This document shows positions 8,809-16,529 of a stretch of DNA of 28,616 nucleotides, one piece after another. Made by a program: the position numbers and the translations under genes. A model generated the notes under the pieces. That model saw nothing but the letters and a program-made list of their open reading frames with translations, had not been told where the DNA came from and ran no database searches. Within the stretch, counting starts at the first letter, position 1; each line of letters starts with the position of its first letter. This stretch comes from a virus: positions 1-28,616 of IMG/VR virus record IMGVR_UViG_3300044580_000224; one strand, given 5' to 3'.

Positions 8809-8834
8809 AGGGGGCGCAAGCCCCCTTGTTTATT
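8809..8834 (+). terminator. Terminator hairpin AGGGGGC-GCAA-GCCCCCT followed by a T-rich tail
   Basis: A 7-bp GC stem with a GNRA tetraloop, nearly the same design as the hairpin at 5460. Confidence 0.7.
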
Positions 8835-8921
8835 GGTGTTCATAGATCTGTATTTACAAATATTTGTAGTCGTTTGTAAACGGATATATGGAATTTTTTG
8901 TTTAATTTTGTAAAAAAAATT

Positions 8922-9554
8922 ATGGATACAAAAAATTTATTAGAACGAGCAAAAAATTTTGGATTTATCAAAAGCGAGTATTACAGCTACTTTTTACAGT
9001 ATTGCGACAAATACAAGATAAACACTTCTGAACGCATTAGCCATTTTTTAGCGCAAGTAAACTATGAAAGTGGTTATATGAACTACATAGAAGAAGAATT
9101 TACTTATAGTGCTAAACGTTTACTGCAAGTTTTCCCAAAATACTTTAAAACCGTAGAGGAAGCTAATGAATACGCCTATAAACCTGAAAAAATTGCTAAT
9201 AGGGTTTATGCAAATAGAATGGGCAACGGTGATGAAGCTAGTGGTGATGGATGGAGATATAGGGGGCGAGGGCCTATACAATTGACTGGCAAAAATAATT
9301 ATATATTATTTGCTAATTGGGTAAAGAATAAAGATATAATAAATAATCCTGATTTAATATTAAAAGACAATGATTTGCTAGTATTAACAGCTTTTTTTTA
9401 TTGGGATAAAAATAAATTAAACGACTACATAATAATAGAAACAGGTTCATATAACATTTGCAAAAAATTAACTAAAAAAATAAACGGTGGATATAATGGT
9501 TTAGATGAACGGTTTAAATTATATCTTAAAATAAGTGGTATTTTATATGAGTAA
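8922..9554 (+). CDS. Endolysin, glycoside hydrolase family 19 (chitinase-like lysozyme)
   Basis: HFLAQVNYESGYMNYIEE...GWRYRGRGPIQLTGKNNY...LTAFFYWDKNKL...INGGYNGLDER matches the GH19 phage lysin signature. The ATG at 8922 is preferred over the track's TTG at 8898, which overlaps a TAATTTTG -7 box (8903..8910). Confidence 0.88.
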   Translation: MDTKNLLERAKNFGFIKSEYYSYFLQYCDKYKINTSERISHFLAQVNYESGYMNYIEEEFTYSAKRLLQVFPKYFKTVEEANEYAYKPEKIANRVYANRMGNGDEASGDGWRYRGRGPIQLTGKNNYILFANWVKNKDIINNPDLILKDNDLLVLTAFFYWDKNKLNDYIIIETGSYNICKKLTKKINGGYNGLDERFKLYLKISGILYE

Positions 9555-10146
9555 TAGAGAAAAGTGGTTTTTGCTAATAATTTGCGTTTTACTGCTAATA
9601 ATAATGTTTAGAGGAGAAGGTTTTAGAAAGAAAAATAAACTTATAGAAGAGAATAAAGAGCTGATTAGTGACTATAAACAACGCATTTATAGTAATAATT
9701 TAGTAATTGATAGCTTGATTTTTGAATTAAAAAATGTTAAAAAAACTGATACAGTTATAAAAATAAAATATAAACAGCTAATAGATAGTGTGTATGTTTA
9801 CAATTATGACGATTATATTAGTTTTTATGATACTTTTCTGCATACAAATCTATTAAAATCAGACACGTTTATATGCTTTGATAGTATTACAGTACAAAAG
9901 TTAGCTATTAAGTTAATAGAATGTAATAAAGATAGTGAATTGTTAGCTAATTGTTATTTGCAAAATAATATATATTCTAATATAATAGCAGTGCAGGATA
10001 GCGTTATTATATTAAAAGATAGTGTAATTAACAGTAATGATAAAATATATAGCAGTAAGATTAAACATCTACGAAGGCAACGAAATAGCTTTGCTGGTGC
10101 TACCTTTGTGGAGTTTTTGGTAATTTTAGGTTTAATTTCAAAATAA
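9547..10146 (+). CDS. Membrane-anchored coiled-coil protein adjacent to the endolysin (spanin-like or lysis accessory candidate)
   Basis: The ATG at 9547 overlaps the lysin stop (ATGAGTAA). There is an N-terminal TM (WFLLIICVLLLIIMF), a central helical region and a C-terminal hydrophobic tail (ATFVEFLVILGLI). Confidence 0.4.
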   Translation: MSNREKWFLLIICVLLLIIMFRGEGFRKKNKLIEENKELISDYKQRIYSNNLVIDSLIFELKNVKKTDTVIKIKYKQLIDSVYVYNYDDYISFYDTFLHTNLLKSDTFICFDSITVQKLAIKLIECNKDSELLANCYLQNNIYSNIIAVQDSVIILKDSVINSNDKIYSSKIKHLRRQRNSFAGATFVEFLVILGLISK

Positions 10147-10153
10147 AAAAGTT

Positions 10154-10381
10154 ATGGAAAACAAAGAATTTGAATTAATGTGTAATTTTATTTATAAGAA
10201 TTATAAAAAAAATGAAATAAAGCAAGCTATTGATGGTGTATGTAATTATATAGCTAACAAGCAAATAAAAAATTATAATAAAAAAATGTTAGCTGAATTA
10301 TTAACTAAAATAGCCGAGTTAACACCTTACAACGCAATTGTGTGGAGCGTTTGGGAAAATAAAAAAAATAATAAAAAATAA
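10154..10381 (+). CDS. Hypothetical protein (75 aa)
   Basis: ATG in an AAAAAGTTATG context, on the same strand, tightly packed. Confidence 0.55.
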   Translation: MENKEFELMCNFIYKNYKKNEIKQAIDGVCNYIANKQIKNYNKKMLAELLTKIAELTPYNAIVWSVWENKKNNKK

Positions 10382-10389
10382 AAAATATT

Positions 10390-10743
10390 ATGGAAACAAA
10401 AGAATTAATAAAAGAATTAGAAAATTACTATTACAGTGTTTACAATAAAGAAGACGATACTAACACTATAAAAATACGATTATACAACGACATAAAAAAT
10501 TACATATTTGAATACGTGTGCTGGTACGGTGAGGAAGGCTATTTTTGTGATAAATATTTTTTTAGATTAAAAGATATACGAAAAATTTTAGAGTGGCTGA
10601 AAGACGCTACAGGAACTGATTTTAAAGACTTGAAAAATATTTATGAAGCTATAAAATTGTTTGGATGGATAGATATAACTAGTATAATGTTAGATGTAAC
10701 TGGTAACTTTGCAAACGAAATAGTTAATTATTTATATAAATAA
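10390..10743 (+). CDS. Hypothetical protein (117 aa)
   Basis: ATG in an A-rich context, on the same strand. Confidence 0.55.
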   Translation: METKELIKELENYYYSVYNKEDDTNTIKIRLYNDIKNYIFEYVCWYGEEGYFCDKYFFRLKDIRKILEWLKDATGTDFKDLKNIYEAIKLFGWIDITSIMLDVTGNFANEIVNYLYK

Positions 10744-10750
10744 AAGTATT

Positions 10751-11218
10751 ATGAACACTCTATTTTTATTAATCTTTTTGCTATTTAATAGCTACACCTC
10801 GCATTCTATCATGCCTTTACCTATTAGAGACTTCGTAATCTCTCACTATTACAACGATTTAGACATTAAAATATATATAATTTGCAATAAACATCAGGCC
10901 TTGCACCTATATAACGATGTCAAAGGCACTATAATTCAAGAAATTGGCATATCGAACTATCACAAAACAGCTAAACATCGTATGTCTATTGTATCTTACA
11001 CGAACGATATCGGCACTTGTCAGTTCCAATCAGCTACTTACAGCTGGCTATCTAACAAATACGGCATAAACACTAATAAAATAGACCCAGAATATAGCCA
11101 AATAGAAGTCCTAGTGCTGGCTTTCTTGGATAATAGACAAAATCTTTGGGTAGGTTATAAAAACTTTAATCGTTTCAAAAATTCATTTCGTCGTTATAAA
11201 ATACCATTTTATCTATAG
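10751..11218 (+). CDS. Hypothetical secreted protein (155 aa, N-terminal signal-like segment)
   Basis: MNTLFLLIFLLFNSYTSHS is a hydrophobic leader. The motif IGTCQFQSATYSWL is only weakly reminiscent of lysozyme/SLT-type GxxQ..T motifs, which is not enough to name it. Confidence 0.5.
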   Translation: MNTLFLLIFLLFNSYTSHSIMPLPIRDFVISHYYNDLDIKIYIICNKHQALHLYNDVKGTIIQEIGISNYHKTAKHRMSIVSYTNDIGTCQFQSATYSWLSNKYGINTNKIDPEYSQIEVLVLAFLDNRQNLWVGYKNFNRFKNSFRRYKIPFYL

Positions 11219-11228
11219 TAAATATCCA

Positions 11229-11266
11229 TTAGGCTAATAATTACAAATTTTAAAATATTAGCCTAA
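11229..11266. terminator. 11-bp perfect inverted repeat TTAGGCTAATA / TATTAGCCTAA with a 16-nt loop (terminator or operator)
   Basis: Read directly. It lies between the stop at 11218 and the promoter at 11344. Confidence 0.45.
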
Positions 11267-11343
11267 CAGGTAAAAAATTAAGATTAATAAATAAAATAAT
11301 AAGATAAAACACAAAAATAAATCGATTAAAGCCTATTTTTTGA

Positions 11344-11375
11344 TTTGTTCCTATTAAATTTTTGTTGTATATTTG
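11344..11375 (+). promoter_or_regulatory. Bacteroidota-type promoter (TTTG-N20-TATATTTG)
   Basis: TTTG at 11344..11347 and TATATTTG at 11368..11375. Shares TTGTTGTATATTTGTAA with the promoter at 8639..8670. Confidence 0.6.
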
Positions 11376-11413
11376 TAACATAAAATTTAAACAACAACAA
11401 AAAAACAAAAATT

Positions 11414-11701
11414 ATGAAAACGACAGAAAAAAATTTAGAAACAGTAGTAAACGAAATTAATAACGTTTACAGTAAAAAAGGATTAAACGGCGTATATGCC
11501 TTTTTAAGGAAAAATGGTGTAAACTACAAAACAAAAGTGGAGTATTTTGGGCTATCCACTAATAAAGAAGCTGCAAAAGCCAAAATAGAATGGCTAAAAA
11601 GTGGAGAATTACGCTTCCATTATGCTAATTTACAGGTAAAAAGTGCAAAAACTGGCTGGAAATACAATCGTTTACGTGGAATAGAAATAATTTTATTATA
11701 A
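11414..11701 (+). CDS. Hypothetical protein (95 aa)
   Basis: First ORF after the promoter, with an AAAAATTATG context. Confidence 0.55.
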   Translation: MKTTEKNLETVVNEINNVYSKKGLNGVYAFLRKNGVNYKTKVEYFGLSTNKEAAKAKIEWLKSGELRFHYANLQVKSAKTGWKYNRLRGIEIILL

Positions 11702-11716
11702 GAAAGGAGGTGTAAA

Positions 11717-12019
11717 ATGGCTTGCTGGAATACAAAAATAGAAATATTAGATAATGGTAAAATTTACATTAAATCTGGAAATCGCTCTAATAGCTACTTT
11801 GGCAAATTTTGGGTAGCAAAAATAAATGGAACAGACCCAAAATGGGGGCTAGCTCGCACCTTTATAAACGATAAAGATGGTGCTATAATAGAGGAAGATG
11901 GTATTTACGAAATTTATAGAAATTGCCAATTTTCTAAATCTGCAGAAAACTACTTTATAAAAGTAGAAAATGACAACTACGAAATAGTAAGCAAATCTGA
12001 AGTTTTAGGCATGTTTTAA
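11717..12019 (+). CDS. Hypothetical protein (100 aa) with a strong SD
   Basis: AGGAGG at 11705..11710, 6 nt upstream of the ATG. This is one of only three such sites I found in the genome. Confidence 0.65.
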   Translation: MACWNTKIEILDNGKIYIKSGNRSNSYFGKFWVAKINGTDPKWGLARTFINDKDGAIIEEDGIYEIYRNCQFSKSAENYFIKVENDNYEIVSKSEVLGMF

Positions 12020-12027
12020 ACAAAATA

Positions 12028-12071
12028 GGCGGAGGCAAGCGCGACGCAGAGGTTCGAAACTTTACTCCGCC
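12028..12071 (+). other. GC-rich 44-nt stem-loop (GGCGGAG...CTCCGCC) containing GGTTCGAAAC. Possibly a terminator or a structured RNA element.
   Basis: A 7-bp GC stem read directly. It is a GC-rich island in an AT-rich intergenic gap, with no following T-run. Confidence 0.4.
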
Positions 12072-12098
12072 ACAAATTAACCCAAAAAAAACAAAGTT

Positions 12099-12491
12099 AT
12101 GAAAACCGAGAATTTAAACAAAAATTTATTAAGTTACAAAGAAGTAACTAAAATAGTTAGCAACCAGGCACCATTGAGCCGAGCTTGGTTTGAGGTCGAG
12201 TTTGACGATACAGAAAAAGTAGCTAATTTATTTATCTTATTGCCAGCTGTTTTAAACGAAAATGGTAGACTATATTTAGATCCTAATATTTTTAAAAATA
12301 TAATATTAAATGTTTATTTCGAAGGCGAATTACTAAAAGCAAACTGGGGAAATGAAGATTATATCAGAAGGGCAAGATATAATCTATATTATTTCGATGG
12401 TGCAAATAAAACTGAAGCTATAAATAATGCTATAAATACAGGACAAAATGCAATAGCATTTTTAGAAAGCAAAATGGAATTATATAAATAA
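12099..12491 (+). CDS. Hypothetical protein (130 aa)
   Basis: AAAAAAAACAAAGTTATG context, on the same strand. Confidence 0.55.
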   Translation: MKTENLNKNLLSYKEVTKIVSNQAPLSRAWFEVEFDDTEKVANLFILLPAVLNENGRLYLDPNIFKNIILNVYFEGELLKANWGNEDYIRRARYNLYYFDGANKTEAINNAINTGQNAIAFLESKMELYK

Positions 12492-12511
12492 ACAATAAAA
12501 AAACAAAAGTT

Positions 12512-12889
12512 ATGAAAGCAAAAATCGAAATAAGCAAAAAGTTAATAAATACTTATTTTGAAAAAACAGGTGAAATGCTGAATAATGATAATAAATTAGA
12601 CTTTTACGAAATACTAAAAGAAGATGTAGCTAATTATTTAGTAGATACACTAGACATAAACGCAGACGAACTAGTATTTACATATTTTTTTAACACTAAA
12701 GACATAAAAGAGTTGATAAATTTGTATTTTGAAGTTACAAATATTAAAATTAAAGAATTAAAAAAGTTGCAAAAAGCTAATATAAAGTTCACTTTAAAGC
12801 ATTTAGATACACTACCTTATTTTAGCAGTAACATTTTTTGTAAAATAGCTGATGAACTGGCATTTTATATAAGTAGATACGTAGATTAA
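12512..12889 (+). CDS. Hypothetical protein (125 aa)
   Basis: AAAAAAACAAAAGTTATGAAAGCAAAAATCGAAA start region, duplicated at the next gene. Confidence 0.55.
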   Translation: MKAKIEISKKLINTYFEKTGEMLNNDNKLDFYEILKEDVANYLVDTLDINADELVFTYFFNTKDIKELINLYFEVTNIKIKELKKLQKANIKFTLKHLDTLPYFSSNIFCKIADELAFYISRYVD

Positions 12890-12901
12890 AAAAACAAAGT
12901 T

Positions 12902-14446
12902 ATGAAAGCAAAAATCGAAAATTTTAAAGGGCTCGAAAGCATTGAATTTGAGCTTGAAGGCATTACGCAAATTACAGCAAAAAATGGAATAGGCAAAACA
13001 TCTATATTAGATGCACTTTGCTGGTATTTTACTGGGAAAAATATCTATGGTGATACAAAATTTGATATAATTAGACACGGCAGTGAATTTGCAAGTGTAA
13101 GTTTAGAATTCGCAGGATTTACATTAACTAAAAAGATAGTAAAAGACGGCAATTCTACTAAAACACTATACTATAAAGGCTTTGACGAAATTAAAAGCAA
13201 AGATTTTGAGATGGTTGTTTATGATCATTTTGGCTATGCAGATAGTGATATATTACTATCTGCGATGGTATATGAGTATTATTTTACAAGCTTAACAATG
13301 GAAAGGAGGCGAAAAATAATATTAGACACTTTTAAGATTAATGAAGACACGAGCGAAATTGACAGCAAAAAAGCTGAATTAGAAGCAATAAAAAAGAAGA
13401 TTGATGATATAAAAGTGCAGATAGACGCATATAAAAATGTTAAAGTAGTTGAAAATACTAAAAACGATATTGAAATTAAGAAGGAAATTGAGAAAATAAA
13501 GCAATTGATAAAGCAAAAAGAGTTTGAAATTAGTCAAATAACTGCTTTGCAAACTGAAATAGCTAAAATTAACTATGAAATAGAAACTAATAAGAGCAAA
13601 ATAGACACAAATAACAAAATGATAGCAATGTATAATGAAAAAGTTATTACACTGCGAAATAACTATAAAGAAGTAGTTAAAAGGCGCACTGATATATGTT
13701 TTAATTGTAAACAAGTTTTGCCAGACAACTTACAAAAAATTGAGTTTGACAAAAAGACAAAAGAGCTTGAAAATATAACCGCAGAAGGCAAAAAACTTGC
13801 AACTGAAATAGAGAAATTGCAAAATGAAAATACAGAATTACAAAAAAACTTACAAATTGCAGAAAACAAAATAAAAACATTGCAACTGCAATTAAAAAAT
13901 GCAGATGTAGAAAATATAAAGCGATTAAAAGTAGAATTAGAGTTGCAATTAGAAGATTTATTAAAACAAAGCAGCAATGATAAAGTTACTACTAATATAC
14001 CAGAATTGCTAAAAATTCAAACTGAAAATTTAAAACAATTAAGTACGCAAAAATTAGCTATAGAAAGTGAACTAAAACAATTGCAGGAGGCACGCATACA
14101 GCTTGCTGAAAGCTTTGAAAATGAAGTAAATAGTAACTTTGATGTTATAAAATTTAGCTTTTTTGAACAACTCACAAACGGTGATTTAAAGCCAGCTTGC
14201 AAAATTTTAGTTAATGATGTAGATTATTTAAGTGCAAGTGATAGTGAAAAAATTAGAGCAAACGTAGAATTAATGTTATTATTACGCAAAAATTATAATC
14301 TAAAATATCCGTTGCTAGTAGATAGGGGAGAGAGCTTTGATGATAACAATTATGCAAAGTTAATTGAACGATTAAAAGAAAAAAACATTAATGTAATTAT
14401 AACAAAAGTTAGTGAAGTTAACAATTTAAAAATAGAAAAAATATAA
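12902..14446 (+). CDS. Rad50/SbcC-like SMC-family ATPase (mini-Rad50) with a central CxxC hook
   Basis: N-terminal Walker A (ITAKNGIGKTSILDAL), a 300-aa coiled coil and CFNC at aa 266-269 of 514. The C-terminal part has a signature-like LSASDSEK and Walker B LLVDRGESFD. Confidence 0.7.
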   Translation: MKAKIENFKGLESIEFELEGITQITAKNGIGKTSILDALCWYFTGKNIYGDTKFDIIRHGSEFASVSLEFAGFTLTKKIVKDGNSTKTLYYKGFDEIKSKDFEMVVYDHFGYADSDILLSAMVYEYYFTSLTMERRRKIILDTFKINEDTSEIDSKKAELEAIKKKIDDIKVQIDAYKNVKVVENTKNDIEIKKEIEKIKQLIKQKEFEISQITALQTEIAKINYEIETNKSKIDTNNKMIAMYNEKVITLRNNYKEVVKRRTDICFNCKQVLPDNLQKIEFDKKTKELENITAEGKKLATEIEKLQNENTELQKNLQIAENKIKTLQLQLKNADVENIKRLKVELELQLEDLLKQSSNDKVTTNIPELLKIQTENLKQLSTQKLAIESELKQLQEARIQLAESFENEVNSNFDVIKFSFFEQLTNGDLKPACKILVNDVDYLSASDSEKIRANVELMLLLRKNYNLKYPLLVDRGESFDDNNYAKLIERLKEKNINVIITKVSEVNNLKIEKI

Positions 14447-14505
14447 ACAAATAAATCGGCGTGCCAGAAGCCAAAATAAGTCCATAGGGCAGTGGTAAAA
14501 AAATT

Positions 14506-15420
14506 ATGAAAACACAAATTGAAAAAAGTGAAAATTTACCTTTAAAAGATTTTCTAAAGCAAGACCACGTAATTAAAGAATTTGCCAAGCTTGTGCAAGA
14601 CCCCACAAACTTTATAATGTCTGCAATAACTACTATCCAGCAAAATAACTTTCCAGCTGATATAGACCGAAATAGTGTGCTATTTGGGTTAATGAATGCA
14701 GCTATTTTGAAATTACCGATTAATAATAATTTTGGACTTGCATATCTTATACCATACAGGGATAATAAGAAGGGCAAAACTTATGCACAATTTCAAATTG
14801 GAGCAAAGGGCTTTATAGCATTAGCAATTCGTAGTGGTTTAGTTATAAATTTTAGCACAACTGAAGTATACGATGGACAATTATTAGAATTCAACCCTCT
14901 AACAGGTTCAAAATTTGATTTTTCAAAAAAGCAATCAAATAAAATAATTGGGTTTGCATGTTATCTTGAATTAAAAAATGGTTTTAAACGTACTGAATTT
15001 ATGACATATGAACAAATGATGGCACATGCAAAACGATATTCGGAAAGTTTTAAGCATAATCAAGGGGCGTGGGTGACTAATTTTATTGAAATGGGCTGTA
15101 AAACAATAGGAAAATTAACATTAAAAAAATACATGCCATTTTTGACTGATGAAATAGGACGTGCATTGCAGACAGACCAAGCAGTTATAGTAGGTGAAAA
15201 CGAATTTATTTACATTGACAATGAAAACGACGACGATGTAGTTAATGAAGTTATTACAAAAGAAAATAAAGAAACTAAAAAACCTACTAAAAAAACAACT
15301 GCAAAGCAAGACGCAGAGCAAGTTATAGAGCAAAACACTGATAACATAATTACAGAGCAAAACAATGTAACTACCGACGTAGCTACCGATGTAGATAATG
15401 AAATTGATATACCATTCTAA
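14506..15420 (+). CDS. recT: RecT-family single-strand annealing recombinase
   Basis: GLAYLIPYRDNKKGKTYAQFQIGAKGFIALAIRSG is the RecT core pattern. The acidic C-terminal tail ends DVDNEIDIPF. Confidence 0.85.
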   Translation: MKTQIEKSENLPLKDFLKQDHVIKEFAKLVQDPTNFIMSAITTIQQNNFPADIDRNSVLFGLMNAAILKLPINNNFGLAYLIPYRDNKKGKTYAQFQIGAKGFIALAIRSGLVINFSTTEVYDGQLLEFNPLTGSKFDFSKKQSNKIIGFACYLELKNGFKRTEFMTYEQMMAHAKRYSESFKHNQGAWVTNFIEMGCKTIGKLTLKKYMPFLTDEIGRALQTDQAVIVGENEFIYIDNENDDDVVNEVITKENKETKKPTKKTTAKQDAEQVIEQNTDNIITEQNNVTTDVATDVDNEIDIPF

Positions 15421-15422
15421 TT

Positions 15423-16100
15423 ATGATAAAAGTTAATATTTATGGGACAGGGAGTGACGGTAACCTGTCCCTCATTGACGACGGAATTACTGCAATTATG
15501 GTAGATTGCGGTTTAAACACAAAAATAATAAAAGATGTTAGTATTTACAACAGACTAAAAGCATGCATAATCACGCATGAGCACAAAGACCATTCAAAAT
15601 TTGCCGATAAAATTGCTGAAATAGTGGATATAACTAACTATTGCACTACTAAAGTAGTAGATAACTTCGAAATAACAACTGTAGAGGCTTTTCACAATAT
15701 TAAAAACATAGCTGCATACATTTATAACAAAGCAGATGATATAAATATTATGTGGGCAACAGATTACTATAAAATTAGCAAATTATATAACGAAATTGAC
15801 TACATTTTTAGTGAAATTAGCTACGATGACGACATTTTGAATGAAGCTCTAATTAATAAAAACGTAGAATATATGCACTATAAAGGCTTATTAAATCATA
15901 TGTCCTTACAGCGTTTTTGTAACTTATTAAAAAATGTTAATTTAAACTTATTAAAAGGCATAGTAGTGCTACACGAAAGTAACTATTTAAATAGAATTTT
16001 AGCAATAGATAAAATTAATGAAATAACAAAAGGTAGGTGCTCAATTTACTTTGGTAAGGGAGAGTATTTACTAACAAAAGAAAAAATCATAAAAAATTAA
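15423..16100 (+). CDS. Metallo-beta-lactamase-fold hydrolase (candidate nuclease partner of RecT)
   Basis: HxHxDH motif (ITHEHKDHSKF) after GTGSDGN...MVDCG. Lies immediately downstream of recT. Confidence 0.7.
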   Translation: MIKVNIYGTGSDGNLSLIDDGITAIMVDCGLNTKIIKDVSIYNRLKACIITHEHKDHSKFADKIAEIVDITNYCTTKVVDNFEITTVEAFHNIKNIAAYIYNKADDINIMWATDYYKISKLYNEIDYIFSEISYDDDILNEALINKNVEYMHYKGLLNHMSLQRFCNLLKNVNLNLLKGIVVLHESNYLNRILAIDKINEITKGRCSIYFGKGEYLLTKEKIIKN

Positions 16101-16112
16101 AAATATAATAAT

Positions 16113-16529
16113 ATGAAAAAGCAAACAGAAAAAAGAAGTAAAGTAGTTATTTACAAAGTGAATTCAGATGGGCACAGCATGTTGCAAGCTGGATGTGTAA
16201 AATGGTTTAGGTATCAGTATAGTGAATACAAAGACCTATTATTTGCTATACCTAATGGACTACCGATTTTTGACAAGGAGTTACGAGTAAAAATTTATAA
16301 CAGGCTTAACAGAGAAGGATTGAAAGCAGGAGTACCAGACCTATTTTTAGCTTTGCCGAGAGGCGTTTATCACGGAGCTTTTATAGAGATAAAATATGGT
16401 GATGATAGATTACGCAAAAATCAGTCTGACATGATAGAACTATTAAGTGCTAATGGTTACAAATGTTTAGTAGTTAATAGTTTAGATGAGTTTATAAAAG
16501 GAGTAGATGAGTATTTAATGATAAAATAA
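16113..16529 (+). CDS. VRR-NUC domain nuclease (PD-(D/E)xK)
   Basis: GVPDLFLALPRG...GAFIEIKYG...LRKNQ...L...GY matches the VRR-NUC layout. Confidence 0.7.
   Translation: MKKQTEKRSKVVIYKVNSDGHSMLQAGCVKWFRYQYSEYKDLLFAIPNGLPIFDKELRVKIYNRLNREGLKAGVPDLFLALPRGVYHGAFIEIKYGDDRLRKNQSDMIELLSANGYKCLVVNSLDEFIKGVDEYLMIK

Noticed and set aside
12028-12071. A genuine tRNA gene
   Set aside because: It has only an acceptor-like stem and a weak T-arm-like element, is 44 nt long, and has no D or anticodon arm. It is reported only as a structured hairpin.
13379-14202. Minus-strand ORFs 13379..13714, 13663..13977 and 14017..14202
   Set aside because: They are antisense shadows of the AAA/GAA-rich coiled coil of the Rad50-like ATPase. 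Their products are Phe/Asn/Ile-rich nonsense-like sequences.
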